Shown here: in pieces, positions 1 to 14,319 of the stretch
Position numbering within the stretch: the stretch's first letter is position 1
Layout: each line of letters begins with the position of its first letter
From: Carcharhinus amblyrhynchos
Lineage: Eukaryota
Length of the DNA: 64,000 nucleotides
Direction: 5' to 3'
Assembly: GCA_965287045.1 (NCBI GenBank)
Contig: OZ336895.1
Span: 28,644,001 to 28,708,000, forward strand
Made by a program: the position numbers and the translations under genes
Notes under the pieces: model-generated
What the model was told of the DNA's origin: nothing
Seen by the model: only the letters and a program-made list of their open reading frames with translations
Databases searched by the model: none

Positions 1-395
1 ACAACCCCAAATCCCTCAGCCTCTCCTCATAGGACCTCCCCTCCATACCAGGCAACATCCTGGTAAACCTCCTCTGCACCCTCTCCAAAGCCTCCACATC
101 CTTCCTGTAATGTGGGGACCAGAACTGCACACAGTACTCCAAGTGCGGCCGCACCAGAGTTGTGTACGGTTGCAACATAACGCTGCGACTCCTAAATTCA
201 ATCCCCCTACCAATAAACGCCAAGACACCGTATGCCTTCTTAACAACCTTATCTACTTGATTCCCAACTTTCAGGAATCTATGTACACATACACCTAGAT
301 CCCTCTGCTCATCCACACTATTCAAAGTCCTCCCGTTAGTCCTATACTCGACACATCTGTTATTCCTACCAAAGTGAATTACCTCACACTTCTCC
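1..395 (-). mobile_element. CR1 LINE fragment (RT C-terminal part), runs off the window
   Basis: Reverse strand reads [38 protein letters not shown]. Confidence 0.85.
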
Positions 396-554
396 GGCTA
401 AGTTCAGTTTTTATAAAATACATGGTCTTCAATGAATTACCATGCAAATCCAATCCCCATATTAAATGTAGGATTGATGAACCTATTAGCAAAATAATTG
501 ATTTGAAGATGCTCCAGGAACTGGATCAGATAATCAAGACTAACACATCAATGT

Positions 555-1190
555 GATACTGTGGGAGTGCTGCGTTATTGGAAGTGCAGTCTTTTGGGTG
601 AGATGTTAAATCCAAGTTGTGCCATTCCTTTCACTTGAAAGATCCCATGGCACTATTTGTGGAAGATATTGGGAGTTTTTCTGTTTATCTTTTATTTATC
701 CTGAAATAATGAATGGGCAGCACAGTGGCTAGCACTGCTGCCTCACAGCATCAGGGACCCAGCTTTGATTCTGGCCTCGGGTCACTCTGTGTGGAGTTTG
801 CATGTTCTGTGCCTGCTGGGTTTCCCCTGGATGCTCCGGCTTCCTCCCACAGTCCAAAGATATGCAGGTTAGATTGATTGGCCATTCTAAATTGCCCCTT
901 AGTGTCACGGGGATCTAGTAAGGGAAATACATGAGGTTGTGGGGATAGGGCCTGGGTGGGATTGCTGTCGGTGCTGGCTGAATGGCCTACTTCTGCACTG
1001 TAGGATTCTATGAACAATACAAAAAAATCAGAACAACTTGGCATTTATCTCATTGCCATTGAAGGGCCTTACAAACTGGTTGCCACATTTGCCTTCAAAA
1101 CAAGTCTGACTACACAAAAAAATTCTAATTGACTTCTTAACATTTGGGATGTCATCAGGATATGAAAAGGAATTGTATAAAATGCAGGAC
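555..1190 (+). mobile_element. Old DeuSINE-like (SacSINE1/AmnSINE-related) element interrupted by an HE1 SINE
   Basis: Deu-domain-like text 'gggagtgctgc...gtcttttgggtgagatgttaaa...aaagatcccatggcactattt' (555-700) and tail 'catttgggatgtcatcaggatatgaaaagg...tataaaatgcag' (1140-1190). Confidence 0.6.
715..1012 (+). mobile_element. HE1-type tRNA-derived V-SINE with CR1-like tail
   Basis: tRNA-like head 'cacagtggctagcactgctgcctcacag', V-domain 'tgtgtggagtttgcatgttct...ttcctcccacagtccaaaga', tail 'gaatggcctacttctgcactgtaggattctatg'. Confidence 0.85.
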
Positions 1191-4089
1191 TTGCCCACTT
1201 TGATTCCTTCCTTTTCTATGTAATCCGCAATATGCTCTGATCAGTGGTCGTAATGGACGTATGAGTTTTTCTTTTGTCTAATTAGTGGGTGAGGTGAGAT
1301 AAAACAGGTAAGTTCTCTTGTGGTAACAATTCTTGATATGTAAATAGTCTATCGTAATAGGTGCCTGAAGTCACAATTACATTAATAACAGATGCCATGG
1401 AATAACTTAAATTAATCTGGTTTCTAAACTCTGCAAGAATATAAAGAGTAATTATTCAATAACTTTGCAATGGTGTAAACAAAAGGAAAAAAGAGACCAA
1501 AAGAAAATTTGCCAGAGTGGTAGCTGCAGATCTGGAATGTCTTGCAAATCAATCTTCAGGGTCTTCACCAAATGCCACTAAAAACCTAGAGAGACCCAAA
1601 TTGAAAATGTTGACTGTTCCAGTAGTGGTCTAATGTTTTAATTAAAATTCATTCAACGCTTTTATGTTGTTTCTGTTCTGACGCCGCAGTTCATCCATCA
1701 ATGTCAGAATCTTTTGTTCTTTCAACGTTCTATGTCAATCTTTACTGACCTTAGAGGCCTTAAGCCTGGGCGGGTGGCTCCACTGCCCTACTTCTGCATT
1801 CACTTTGAAGCATGGCGTTCATGTTAATGTGATCCTTTTTGTTCATAAAAGGCAGATTTGTCTCCAGATACGATTGATTAGTCCCATCATGAAGATTGAA
1901 AAATGCAACTCTAAAGTGGCTTCTGGTAGTCAACCAGCTGCACTTCAAGGTTTATATATTTCAATAGAATTTCTTCTAAGAGAACAGTAACAATGAGAAT
2001 GGCTATTTCATACGTCTAGCACTTATCATGTTCATTTATCTCTGCTTGTATTCTACAGATGTACCATTCCCATAATTTTTCATCCCTACATCTTCTGCCT
2101 TTGCTGTTGCACCTTCAATACCAACTGGGAGATATGCTGCTTGTGACTTGGAACAATTAACTATCCAAAGTGAAAAAAATACTTTCCGATTCAGTACTTA
2201 GTCGGTCAGAATCAAATAGGGTGCTTAGACACTGCATTTTAAACACATTAGCTTGATTTATTATATGAGATTTAGATTAGAATGAGCCTGTTGAAACTGG
2301 TTTTCTACTTGGGGAACAATATTCATTTTGTGACCGTAATTTAGAAAGGATTAAAGAAAATGTGTTTCCTTGCTGGTTCTGGGAAATATTTTTACTCTGT
2401 TCACTCATTTGTCCTTGTATCACACTCATACTACTGTCCTTAGTGAACCTGCCGAGTTAACCCGATGACATTAGCAGCAGTTTTCCTTGTGAACTTATGA
2501 CAGAGGGTTTACCCACGTTTGTTGTACATACTCCGAGTTAATCTCCTTCATTTGAACCTTAATTTCCTTCCTTCCCAGTTTTCTCTCCACCTTTCCAGTA
2601 GGTTCTATTTCCCACCAGGGTGCAGTTCCTGGGGCCCAGTATCAGTTGCTGATACGTTATTCAAGAGACAGCTCTTCAGATGTGAGCTTGTGCAGTGATT
2701 GTTGGCAAGCTATTTAACTGAATGAATCATCCAAGGAGGAACCTGCGTTAGTGTAATTCATTTTAAATAACCTTTGGGGTTCCTCATTCTAATTTTCACA
2801 TTAATTGTAGCAGCTTAAGTATAAATTATTTGTGACAGTTATGCAATGCCCATTTTTTTTGTTAATGTCCTATTCATCAAAATGAGGGATGTGAGTACTG
2901 GGAATAAAACATTTCCCCATTTCAAGCATCCTGTATATTCATTGAGCTTCACAGGACAGGTGCAATTTGATTGTAGTAAAGCTCCCTTTCCAATGTCGCA
3001 CAAAAAACACTTGTTTCCTGTTCATCATAGACCCAATACATGATAAAGCTCAGTCTATATTACCTTTGCAACCTGCCTGAGACTAACTCTGGACAAACAT
3101 CCCTACTGAGCCAGTGTAGCATTTTCTTCACTTCCCACACCAGCCATCCTGTGATGTAAGTGAGGTTGCAGTTGATGCAAAATCATGATTAACTTTATGC
3201 TGTGGGGTCTGTGCATGCTGTATCGTCCCTTTCTACGTCCCTTTCTATGTTACATTAATACAAATAAAACTGAAGGACAGGCAATGTTGTGATTTCACAG
3301 GAATCTCACTCGTTGGACCTACGTACCAGTATAAGACATTTCTCACTTACTAAAATGTTGAAACCAAAAGTGTAAGAGTTGAAAGGGAAGAACATTATCT
3401 ACATTCCCCCAAGAGATTGGGGAGACTGAAAACAGAAAGTTTACCATTTCAGACTCTGAGAAATATATAATGGTTCAGTAAATTGATGGGGTACCAGAAC
3501 TCTACTTTTAAGATATTTAATCTTTAGAATTAAAGTTGCATTCTCTTTATCAGCTCCTAATCAGCCTCCAAGTACAGAAGTAAAGGTCATCATCTAAACC
3601 AAGGGACAGTTAAGCTGATTTTATTTTTCACTAAAGCCGTTAGATGTCTCAGCCCTAGAGAATCCAACAAGTTTATCTTCATTGTTACTGCTAGCATAAG
3701 GCCAAGGGTCAGGAGCCAGAGGCATTAGCTTAATATAAAGACAAGTCGAGCTTGGCCCTTAAAGTAGTGGTCTGTGTTGTGCCATGCGAGTAAATGTGAT
3801 TATCAGACCCATCAGTAAGACCAGATGCTTCTAGCTATGCTGCAATGGCAATCTTTACCCTACTTAGGTCCACAGATTTGTTGCTTGACTTCTAGACAAG
3901 ATTTTCCTGAAGCTTTCCATGTGGTTATTTTGAGCTCCAGCTTCCACAAACTATAACCCATCCAAACTCTACTGGCTATATTCTATCCCACACTAAGCCT
4001 TAGGATCCTTCAGGGGCTCCTTATACCCTGGTATATTGGATTTTTTGACCTCATTCCTATCTATAAATTCCTTCATAAAATCAGCTCAT

Positions 4090-5880
4090 CTTACCTCTGC
4101 AATCAAGGACATTTTAAAAATGCATAAAGAAAAGAAGATAACCAAAGAGTAAGGCAAATGAGAAAAACCTATGTGTTTAGGTGGAGGGCATTGGCATGGC
4201 TTTTAAAGAATACTTTGCGTTCATTTTCACAAAGGGGAGAGACATTACAGGCATTGCCATCAGGAGGAGTGCAAATATTAAATGAACTTATCTCTCAGAG
4301 GGGTTTAATATTTTGAAAGTGGATAAACCCCTACATACTGTTATGGGAAGCAAGAAAAGAAATAGTGAAGGCTCCAGCCATTATTTTCCAATCCTCTCTG
4401 ACGATAATGTGATGCCAGAGGACTAGAGGATGGTAAATGTTATACCATGGTTTAAAAAGGCAAAAAAAGGGAAGTAATTACTGAATAATTACAGGCCAGT
4501 CAGCCGAACTTGGGTGGTGGGAAAATTATTGGAAAATATTCTGAGGGACAGGATAAATCTTTGTTTAGAAAGATAGATTAATTGAAGATGGAAAGGATTT
4601 GTTAAGGGAGGGTTATCTGTAATTAATATCATTGATGAGGGTACTATATATGATATAGTCTATATGGACTATGATAAGGCTTTTGTTAAAGTCAGTTTCA
4701 CATTGCAGACTGGTTATGAAAGGAAAAGCTTGTGGGATCTTGGGGCAAAGTGACAAGATGAATCCAAAATTGGCTTAGAGGCAGGAAGAAAAAGGAATTT
4801 GATCAATGGGTATTTTTGTGACTTGAAGGTTGTTTCTGGTGGGATTCCAAATGGCTTAGTACTCAGTCTCTTGCTTTTTGTGATATATTTGAATGTCAGC
4901 AGTTTGATCAAGAAATTTGCAGCCGATACAAAAATTCTTCTAATGTTTAAAAATGAAAAAAGCTATAGACTGAATAAATATATCAATGGTCTGGTTAAAA
5001 GGACGGATCAGTGACAAATTGAATTTAATCTGGAGGATTGTGAGGTAACACACTTGGGGAAAGCTGACAAGACAAAAAAACGATACAGTAAGTGGTAGGT
5101 TACTGACAAATGTAGAAGAGTGGAGAGACTTTGGTGTGCGTAACAACAGATTTCTGAAGGTGCTGGACAGATAGATAAGGTGGACATGATATGCATACAG
5201 GATACTTGCCTTTATTAGCTAAGTTGGGAGGTTTTCCTGCCTAAAACACTGGTTAAGCCACATTAAAAAGTGTAAAAACTAGGAGCAGGAGTAGGCCATT
5301 TATCCCCTTGAGCCTGTTCCTCCATTCAATACGATCATGGCTGATCTATCTTAGCCTCAACTCCACTTTGATACTGCATGCAGTTCTGGTCACCAACTAT
5401 AGGAAAGATGAGATTGCATTAGAAAGGGTACAAAGAAACATTGCAAGGGTGTTATCTGAACAGAGAATTTTATTTATAAGGAAAGATTGGATGGGCTAGT
5501 GTTGTTTCCTTTGGCAGAGAGAAGGCTGAGGTGAGCAACAAATTGCAGTGCACAAAATGGAGGAGTGCAGATAGGAGAGCCCTAGTCCTCTTGGTTGGGG
5601 AATCCATAACCAGAAGCATAGATTTCTGAATTGAGGTTTAGAAGGGAGTTTTTTTCACCTATAATGTGGGGGTGAGATGTGGAACTCACCACCTGAAAGG
5701 GTTGTAGAGGCTGAAACCCTATTAACAAACAGAAAAATACTCGGATAGATGTGAAATGCTGTAATCTACAAGGCAATTGATGAAGTACTGGAAAGTGGGA
5801 TGAGGTAGGATGGCTACTTGTGGGATGACATGTGCATGATAAACCAAATGGCCTCCTGTGCTGTAAATTTCTGTAATGCT
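4090..5880 (+). mobile_element. Old, degenerate CR1 LINE (RT to 3' end) with a nested antisense CR1 tail at ~5275-5370
   Basis: Eroded motifs NYRPVS (4487), SGGIPNGLVL...KFAADTK (ORF 4799-5014) and RKDEIALERVQR; many stops and frameshifts. Confidence 0.8.
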
Positions 5881-5993
5881 ATGAGTGGCTTCCAGCATGA
5901 TTCCAAAGCCACACTCTTCAGAAACACTTGTTTCTAGCCTCTTACCCATTCTCTCAGGCCCGTACCCCCTCCTGCCTCCAACTCCAATGCCTT

Positions 5994-7486
5994 TCGCTGG
6001 ATTCCGGGGAAGTGCCGGAAGATTGGAAAACGGCTAATGTTACGCCGTTGTTTAAAAAGGGTGGCAGGCAAAAGGCGGGGAATTATAGGCCGGTTAGTTT
6101 AATGTCTGTTGTAGGTAAAATGTTAGAATCCGTCATCAAGGAGGAAATAGCGAGGCATCTTGAGGGGAATTGCTTGATAGAGCAGACGCAGTACGGTTTC
6201 GTTAAGGGGAAGTCGTGTCTGACAAATTTACTGGAGTTCTATGAGGATGTGTCTAGGGCGGTGGATAGAGGAGAGCCGGTGGATGTGGTCTTTCTTGCTT
6301 TTCAGAAGGCGTTTGACAAGGTACCTCACAGAGGTTATTGCAGAAGGTCAGGGGACATGGAGTTGGGGGTAGGGTGTTAGCGTGGATAGAGGACTGGTTG
6401 TCAAATAGGAGGCAGAGAGTGGGGGTCAATGGGTGCTATTCGGATTGGCGGTTGGTGACTAGTGGAGTGCCTCAGGGGTCGGTGCTTGGGCCTCAGCTAT
6501 TTACCATTTATATAGATGATCTGGAGGAGGGAACCGAGTGTATGGTGTCGAAATTTGCTGATGACACCAAGACTGGTGGAATGGCAAATTGCGCGGAGGG
6601 TGTGGAGAGTCTGCAGAAGGATCTAGATAGGCTGGGCGAATGGGCCAGGAAATGGCAAATGGAATTTAATGTTGGCAAGTGCGAGGTGGTCCACTTTGGT
6701 AGGAATAATGGTAGGAAGGATTATTACTTATGTGGCGAAAAACTGCAGCAGGCGACGGTGCAGAGGGACCTCGGGGTCCTTGTGCATGAGTCGCAAAAAC
6801 CCAGCTTGCAGGTGCAGCAGGTGGTCAGGAAGGCGAATGGGATGCTGGCCTTCATAGCGAGGGGGATTGAATGTAAAAGTAGGGAGGTCTTGCTGCGGCT
6901 GTATAGGGCATTGGTGAGGCCGCAGCTGGAGTACTATGTGGAGTTTTGGGCGCCGTACTTACGCAAGGATATTTTGGCCTTGGAGGGAGTGCAGAGGAGG
7001 TTTACTAGGCTGATGCCGGAGTTGAGGGGGTTGAGCTATGAGGAGAGGCTGAATAAACTAGGCTTGTACTCGTTAGAGTTTAGAAGAATGAGGGGAGATC
7101 TCATTGAGACGTGTAAGATGATGAATGGGATGGATAGGATAGAGGTGGTGGAGAGACTCTTCCCGCTCAGAAAGGACAGTAGGACTAGGGGGCACAGCCT
7201 CAAGATAAAGGGGGGGCGGTTTAGAACGGAGTTGAGGAAGAACTTCTTCACTCAAAGGGTGGTGAATCTCTGGAATTCTCTGCCCGTTGAAGTGGTGGAG
7301 GCTACCTCGCTAAATATTTTTAAGACGCGGGTTGATGGGTTTTTGATAAGAGAGGGGATTAAGGGTTATGGGGAGAGGGCGGGAATGTGGAACTGAGCCA
7401 CGACAGATCAGCCATGATCTTATTGAATGGCGGGGCAGGCTCGAAGGGCCAGATGGCCTACTCCTGCTCCTATTTCTTATGTTCTT
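5994..7486 (+). mobile_element. Young CR1 (HER1-like) LINE, 5'-truncated; RT with one frameshift
   Basis: ORFs 5928-6380 and 6338-7396 contain [35 protein letters not shown] and VRPQLEY; 3' end 'atggcctactcctgctcctatttcttatgttctt'. Confidence 0.95.
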
Positions 7487-8269
7487 TCGTAAATCTTTCA
7501 GCAATTTTAGCCCTATATTTTAAAACCTATCCACTTACGACCGTAAAAAAATCTGGTCATTTAATAGAAATGCATTCACCTCCTCCCTATTCCCGATGTC
7601 TTCCCACAGCTCTCAGGACCCACTTTCTCCTTTGAAATGCATTAGAGGCAAATGTGTAAGTTATTGCACCTCTGTTCCTTTCTTTTCTACATAGGTGAGA
7701 GTTTGTATCTGCTGCACAGCAGGGAAATTTGATGAAAACCATTTAAACATAGTGCTTCACTAGTACTCATGATCAAGAAGCTTGCAAATATGTTGAAAAA
7801 TTTGCTATAATGTTTGGGTATTTTTGCCATTTCTGTAGGCAGAGGAAATACTTGGTTAAATCTATGAATTGTATTTTATATATCAAGATTATGCTGAGTT
7901 ATGAGATGCTAAGTTAAATCCAGTTTTATTTTGCAAGGGATATGATTGTCCCTTAGGGTATATACTAGCTCTGTATTAAATCTTTTTTAAAAATTATGAC
8001 CTCCCACTGTTTATCCAGTTTTACCCAATTTCAGCTTGATCAGTTTCTTCGGTCTCTACCTCATCCATCAAAGGCAACCATACCAATATGTAGAATCTTA
8101 GCATTTGGTCTACTTTTACTGTAATCTTTTTTCAAGTAAGTTAGCAGTTCCAGTAAAGTGTTTGTGCACTTAAGCCATTCCTGAGAAGTTATGTTTCTCA
8201 TGATGTGTTCTGTTTGCAGCCATATTTTTCCCAACTTGAATTTTTAAACCAGAAGCAAGAATAATTTCT

Positions 8270-9678
8270 TAGTTCTAAAAGATATTTGATAAAATGCCAC
8301 ACAACAGACTAGTGAACAAAACTTAGGAGCAAAAAGGACAGTAGCAAATTAGATACTAAATTGACTGAGTCACAGGAAACAAAAAATAGTGTAAGCGTTT
8401 CCTTTGGACTGGAGGAAGGTTTATAGTGGAGTTCCCCCGGATTACAGTTAGAACTGCAGATTCTGCAGCATTCGTAACAAAAACCGGATGAATTGTCAGC
8501 TCAAATAAAATAAATGTGCATGACCTGAATGGCACTAACAGAGACATGGCAGCAAGATGTCCAATGCTGGGACCTGAATATTCAAGGGTACTTAACATTT
8601 CAGAAGGACAGGAAGCTCAGAAAAGACCTCAATAACAGAAAATGCTAGAAAATCTCAGCAAGTCTGGCAGTGTCTGTGGAGAGAGAATAGAGCCAACGTT
8701 TCAAGTCTGGATGACCCTCCCTCAGAGCTGAAGACAAGGAAAATTGGACAAGATTGATATTGTGAGGGTGGGGTGGTGGGGATGCTGTAATATGTAGGAA
8801 TGGAATAAATGAAAAGACAAAGAGAATATAATTGGTGATGATAATTAGAAAATGGTGCTAAAAGCAATTACAAGGATATGAAGACAGAACTGGTTAAAGT
8901 GAATTGTAAAATTGGGCTTAAGGATGGAACAACAAAGATACAGTGGCAGACATTTAAGGAGATGTTTTATAATACTTGGGAAAGATGAATTCCAGTGAGA
9001 AAGAAGGACACACCATCCATGATTAACTAAAGAAGTTCATGGTAGCATTAAATTGAAAGAAAAAGTGTGCAATTCTGCCAAGATTATTTGTAGGGTAGAT
9101 CAAAAGATTGGTTCAAATTTAAAGAATGACTTAAAAAGGAAAGTAGTGAGAGAACGATTAGAGTAAGAGGGAGAACTAACTAAAAATATGAAAACAAAGG
9201 GTATGAGTTTCAGCAAGTATTTAAAAAGGAAAAGAATAACTAAAGTAAGCATGAGTTCTCTGGAGAGTAAGCCAGGGGAATTAATAATGGGAAATAAGGA
9301 AATTTGATGAAGCCTCGCATTAAGCTGATCTTTTGCTACACCCTAGCTGTGACTGTAACACTACATTCTGCAGGAGTGTGAACAGATATTTTGTGTCCGT
9401 CTTCACTGTAGAAGAGACAAATAACACCCCAGAAATACTTATAAATCATAAAATGGAGGGTGGAATAATCACCAAGAAAAAGGTATTGATAAAATTATTA
9501 GAACTAAGAAGGGACAAGTCATAAAAGAAGTGACTGTGGAAATGATAGATGTAATGAATGTACTGTTCCAAAATTCTCTAGTTTCTGGAAAGGCTCAACA
9601 GATTGGAAAATAGCAAATGTAACTCCCCTAGTCAAGAAGACAGAAAGCAGGAAACTACAGGCTAATTAGGTTAACACC
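8270..9678 (+). mobile_element. Cluster of degenerate CR1 fragments with nested Penelope pseudo-LTR (~8630-8780, minus) and Rex 3' scrap (9313-9372)
   Basis: FDKMPHNRL (8284), RYFVSVFTVEET (ORF 9333-9524), WKIANVTP...NYRL (9604-9665). Confidence 0.65.
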
Positions 9679-10155
9679 TTTGATTTGATTTATTCTTGTC
9701 ACGTGTATTAGTGTACAATGAAAAGTATTGTTCCTTGCATGCTATACAGACAGAGCATACCATTCATAGAGAAGGAAAGCAGAGAGTGCAGAACGTAGTG
9801 TTACAGTCATAGCTAGGATATAGCAAAAGATCAGCTTAATGCGAGGCTTCATCAAGTCTGATGGCAGCAGGGAGGAAACTGTTCTTGAGTCGGTTGGTAC
9901 GTGTCCTCAGACTTTTGTATCTTTTTCCCAATAGGAGAAGGTGGAAGAGAGTATGTTGGGGTGCGTTGGGTCCTTGATTATGCTGGCCGCGATTCCTAGG
10001 CAGCAGAAAGTGTACACAGTGTCAATGGGTGTGGGAGGCTGGTTTGAGTGATGGATTGGGCTTCGTTCATAACCCTTTGTATTTTCTTACGGTCTTGGAC
10101 AGAGCAGGAGCTGTACCAAGCTGTCATACAACCGGAAAGGATACTTTCTATGGTG
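9679..10155 (-). mobile_element. Rex1/Babar LINE 3' fragment
   Basis: Starts with (TTTGA)n, the reverse of the (TCAAA)n tail; reverse complement of the 13330-13695 Rex 3' region. Confidence 0.8.
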
Positions 10156-10580
10156 AGCGCCATTCATTTGCTGTTCTTTGTAAAACCTGAGCTATTATGT
10201 TCAGACATATAGTTTATAAATAATTATAATTACCTATATTTATCTACCTAAAGCAAGGATTATAGGAATGAGCCATTTAGGAGCTAAATACTGCCATTGT
10301 ACTCCAAATTCCAGAGATGCCATGAAAGATGTGCCATTCTGCCAGTCAGTCACTGTTGGGTTTGTAGTGATATGTCTGTACTGTCTAATAGATCTCATTA
10401 AAGGTAGTATTTAGCATGGTTCTGTTGTTGCTGAGTATACATGTCAATAAAGCTACTTTTAAAATGTAGATTTTCTAATTTCCCTAACACAATTACCATA
10501 AATTCCTAGGTTGTCCCCTCAGTCTGGCCTTCCACATTGATTCATTCTGCCCAATTTGAAGTATGCCTCCAATTTGCACC

Positions 10581-12470
10581 AAGGGTAGGATAAACCATGA
10601 AGCTGGGCTAGTGCTTAATATGAAAAAGGATAGCAAGAGTTTTTATAAATATATAAAAAGGAAGAGGCTGGCTAGGGTGAACATTGGGCCCTTAGAGGAT
10701 GAGAGGGGGGACTTAGTGGTAGGGGATGGGGAAATGGCTGAGGCCTTGAATAACTTTTTTGTTTCGGTCTTCACGGAGGAGGACGTGAATAATTTGCCGG
10801 GTGTTAGCGATGGAAAGATGGTAGGACAGGAGGGTCTCAATGACATTATTGTTACTTGAGAGGCGGTGCTCGACAGACTGGAGGGACTGATTGTGGACAA
10901 ATCCCCAGGACCGGATGGAATGCATCCAAGGGTTCTGAAAGAAATGGCGGAGGTGATAGTGGATGCCTTGGTGGTTATTTTCCAAACGTCGCTGGATTCC
11001 GGGGAAGTGCCGGAAGATTGGAAAACGGCTAATGTTACGCCGTTGTTTAAGAAGGGTGGCAGGCAAAAGGCAGGGAATTATAGGCCGGTTAGTTTAACGT
11101 CTGTTGTAGGTAAAATGTTAGAATCCGTCATCAAGGAGGAAATAGCGAGGCATCTTGAGGGGAATTGCTTGATAGAGCAGACGCAGCACGGTTTCGTTAA
11201 GGGGAAGTCGTGTCTGACAAATTTATTGGAGTTCTATGTGTCTAGGGCGGTGGATAGAGGAGAGCCGGTGGATGTGGTCTTCCTTGATTTTCAGAAGGCG
11301 TTTGACAAGGTACCTCACGAGGTTATTGCAGAAGGTCGGGGGCATGGAGTTGGGGGTAGGGTGTTAGCGTGGATAGAGGATTGGCTGTCAAATAGGAGGC
11401 AGAGAGTGGGGGTCAATGGGTGCTATTCAGATTGGCGGTTGGTGACTAGTGGAGTGCCCCAGGGGTCGGTGCTTGGGCCTCAGCTATTTACCATTTATAT
11501 AGATGATCTGGAGGAGGGATCCGAGTGTATGGTGTCGAAATTTGCTGATGACACCAAGATTGGTGGAACGGCAAATTGTGCGGAGGGTGTAGAGAGTCTG
11601 CAGAAGGATCTAGATAGGCTGGGCGAATGGGCCAGGAAATGGCAAATGGAGTTTAATGTTGGCAAGTGCGAGGTGGTCCACTTTGGTAGGAATAATGGTA
11701 GGAAGGACTATTACTTACGTGGCGAAAAACTGCAGCAGGCGACGGTGCAGAGGGACCTCGGGGTCCTTGTGCATGAGTTGCAAAAACCCAGCCTGCAGGT
11801 GCAGCAGGTGGTCAGGAAGGCGAATGAGATGCTGGCCTTCATAGCGAGGGGGATTGAATATAAAAGTAGGGAGGCCTTGCTGCAGCTGTATAGGGCACTG
11901 GTGAGGCCGCAGCTGGAGTACTGTGTGCAGTTTTGGTCGCCGCACTTACGCAAGGATATTTTGGCCTTGGAGGGAGTGCAGAGGAGGTTCACTAGGCTGA
12001 TGCTGGAGTTGAGGGGGTTGAGCTATGAGGAGAGGCTGAATAAACTAGGCTTGTACGCGTTAGAGTTTAGAAGAATGAGGGGAGATCTCATTGAGACATA
12101 TAAGATGATGAATGGGATGGATAGGGTAGAGGTGGAGAGACTCTTCCCGCTCAGAAAGGACAGTAGGACTAGGGGGCACAGCCTCAAGATAAAGGGGGGC
12201 CGGTTTAGAACGGAGATGAGGAGGAACTTCTTCACTCAAAGGGTGGTGAATCTCTGGAATTCTCTGCCCGTTGAAGTGGTGGAGGCTGCCTCGCTAAATA
12301 TTTTTAAGACGTAGGTTGATGGGTTTTTGATAAGCGAGGGGATTAAGGGTTATGGGGAGAGGGCGGGAATGTGGAACTGAGCCACGACAGATCAGCCATG
12401 ATCTTATTGAATGGCGGGGCAGGCTCGAAGGGCTAGATGGCCTACTCCTGCTCCTATTTCTTATGTTCTT
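10581..12470 (+). mobile_element. Young CR1 (HER1-like) LINE, 5'-truncated; near-continuous RT ORF
   Basis: 482-aa ORF 10866-12314 carries all the RT motifs; in-frame stops at 10857 and 12312; same 3' end as the 5994-7486 copy. Confidence 0.95.
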
Positions 12471-12534
12471 CTTTTCCCTTCTATCATTTGAGCACCTAAG
12501 CTATATTCAGGAATTTACTGGGGTCTATAATCTG

Positions 12535-13695
12535 AGGTCCCTACCTGCTTCAGAAGACGACCATCATCCCGGTATTTAAGTAAGACCAAGCAGCGTGCCT
12601 TAATGACTATTGGCTGATGGCTCTGACGTCCATCATCGTGAAGTGCTTCAAAAGGCTAGTCATGGCACAAATTAATTCCAGCCTCCCAGACTACCTGGAT
12701 CTGCTACAGTTTGCCTATTGCCGCATCAGGTCCACAGCACATGCCATCTCCCTGGCCCTGCATTCAACCCTGGAACACCTAGATAACAAGGACACCCTAT
12801 GTCATACTCCTATTTATTGACTACAGCTCAGCCTTCAACACTCTTATTCCCACAAAACTCATCACTAAACTCCATGACCCAGGTCCCAGCACCTCCCTCT
12901 GCAACTGGATCTTGAACTTCCTAACTTGCAGACCACAATCAGTAAAGATAGGCAACAACAACTCCTCCACAGTGATCCTCAACACCGGTGCCCCACCAAG
13001 CTGTATTCTCAGCCCCCCTACTATACTCCTTATACACCTATGACTGTGTGGCTAAATTCCTCTCCAGTTCAATCTTCAAGTTTGCTGATGACACCACTGT
13101 AGTGGGTTGGATCTCAAACAATGCGAGACAGGGTACAAGAATGAGATAGAGAATCTGGTGAACTGGTGCGGCAAAAATAATCTTTCCCTCAGTGTCAACA
13201 GAATTAAGGAGATTGTCATCGACTTCAGAAGCGTAAAGGAAAACATGCCCCTGTCTACATCAACAGGGATGAAGTAGAAAGGTTTGAGAGCTTCACGTTT
13301 TTAGATGTCCAGATCACCATCAACTTGTCCTGCTACAAAAGGTTGTTGTGAATCTGGCCCAGTCCATCCATTGACTGTGTCTACAATTCCTGCTGCCTCA
13401 GCAATGAGCCAGCATAATTAAGGACCCTATCTTCTTCCGTTGGGGAAAAAAAATACAAAAGTCTGAGGTCATATACCAACCGACTCAAGGACAGCTTCTT
13501 CCTTCTGCTGTCAGACTTTTGAATGGACTTACCTTGCATTAAGTTGATCTTTTGCTACCCTAGCTATGATTGTAACACATTCCGCGTTCTCCTGTTTCCT
13601 TCTCTATGAACGATATGCTTTGTCTGTATAGCGTGCAAAAAACAATGCTTTTCACTATGTTAATACATGTGACAATAATAAATCAAATCAAATCA
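12535..13695 (+). mobile_element. Rex1/Babar LINE, 5'-truncated and degenerate
   Basis: [54 protein letters not shown]; ends 'tgtgacaataataaatcaaatcaaatc'. Confidence 0.9.
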
Positions 13696-14319
13696 CTGTG
13701 GAGGATTGCAAGAGCAAAACTTCATTTTGGTTCTTGACATTGCATGAGTAAAAAATGCATTTGCAGTACTAGCTCACCAGACTTCTACATCGGAACTCAG
13801 GCTTACCAGTAAACATTTAGAATGTACTGGTTCCAATTCTGAGGATTTGTCCGTTATGAGAAATGCCTGGATTCTCAAGCTCCTCATCCTTTCACCCTTA
13901 GGAGCAAGGAATATAAATAGCCTGTCGGTTGTGGTATATTATACAGAGGGATTATTTATTCTGACACGAGAGATTACATTTTCTAGTAATGCATTTGGTG
14001 TCAGGCATTCCATCGTTCTGACAAGGTGCTGAGAGATGCTACTTAACTCACAACACTCTGAGCTGTTGCGTATCATTGTAACAGAATAGAATGTGACAGC
14101 AAATTCACAGAATGGCACAGTCTATTTGAAGAGTGCAACAGCATTCTGTTTGTGCAGGAACTTCTATATTGACTTCACAACCTATGATTCCAGGGCAGTC
14201 AGGATTCAGTTCGGGCGACTGGTTTAATATGCACCAAATTCATTCCAAATATAATGCATTGCTCTGTATATATTTTTTTCTGTTTCAATGCAGTTTGCTA
14301 TTACAGTAAAAAAAAGCTT

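Noticed and set aside
715-790. tRNA genes at SINE heads (also 16936, 33581, 41684, 61645, 32662)
   Set aside because: The A/B-box-like heads run directly into SINE bodies and do not form complete cloverleaves.
10866-12314. 482-aa reverse transcriptase ORF as a functional or domesticated gene
   Set aside because: It lacks the endonuclease and ORF1, is bounded by premature stops, has a locally frameshifted motif (HEVIAEG instead of HKRLLQKV), and is near-identical to other dispersed copies.
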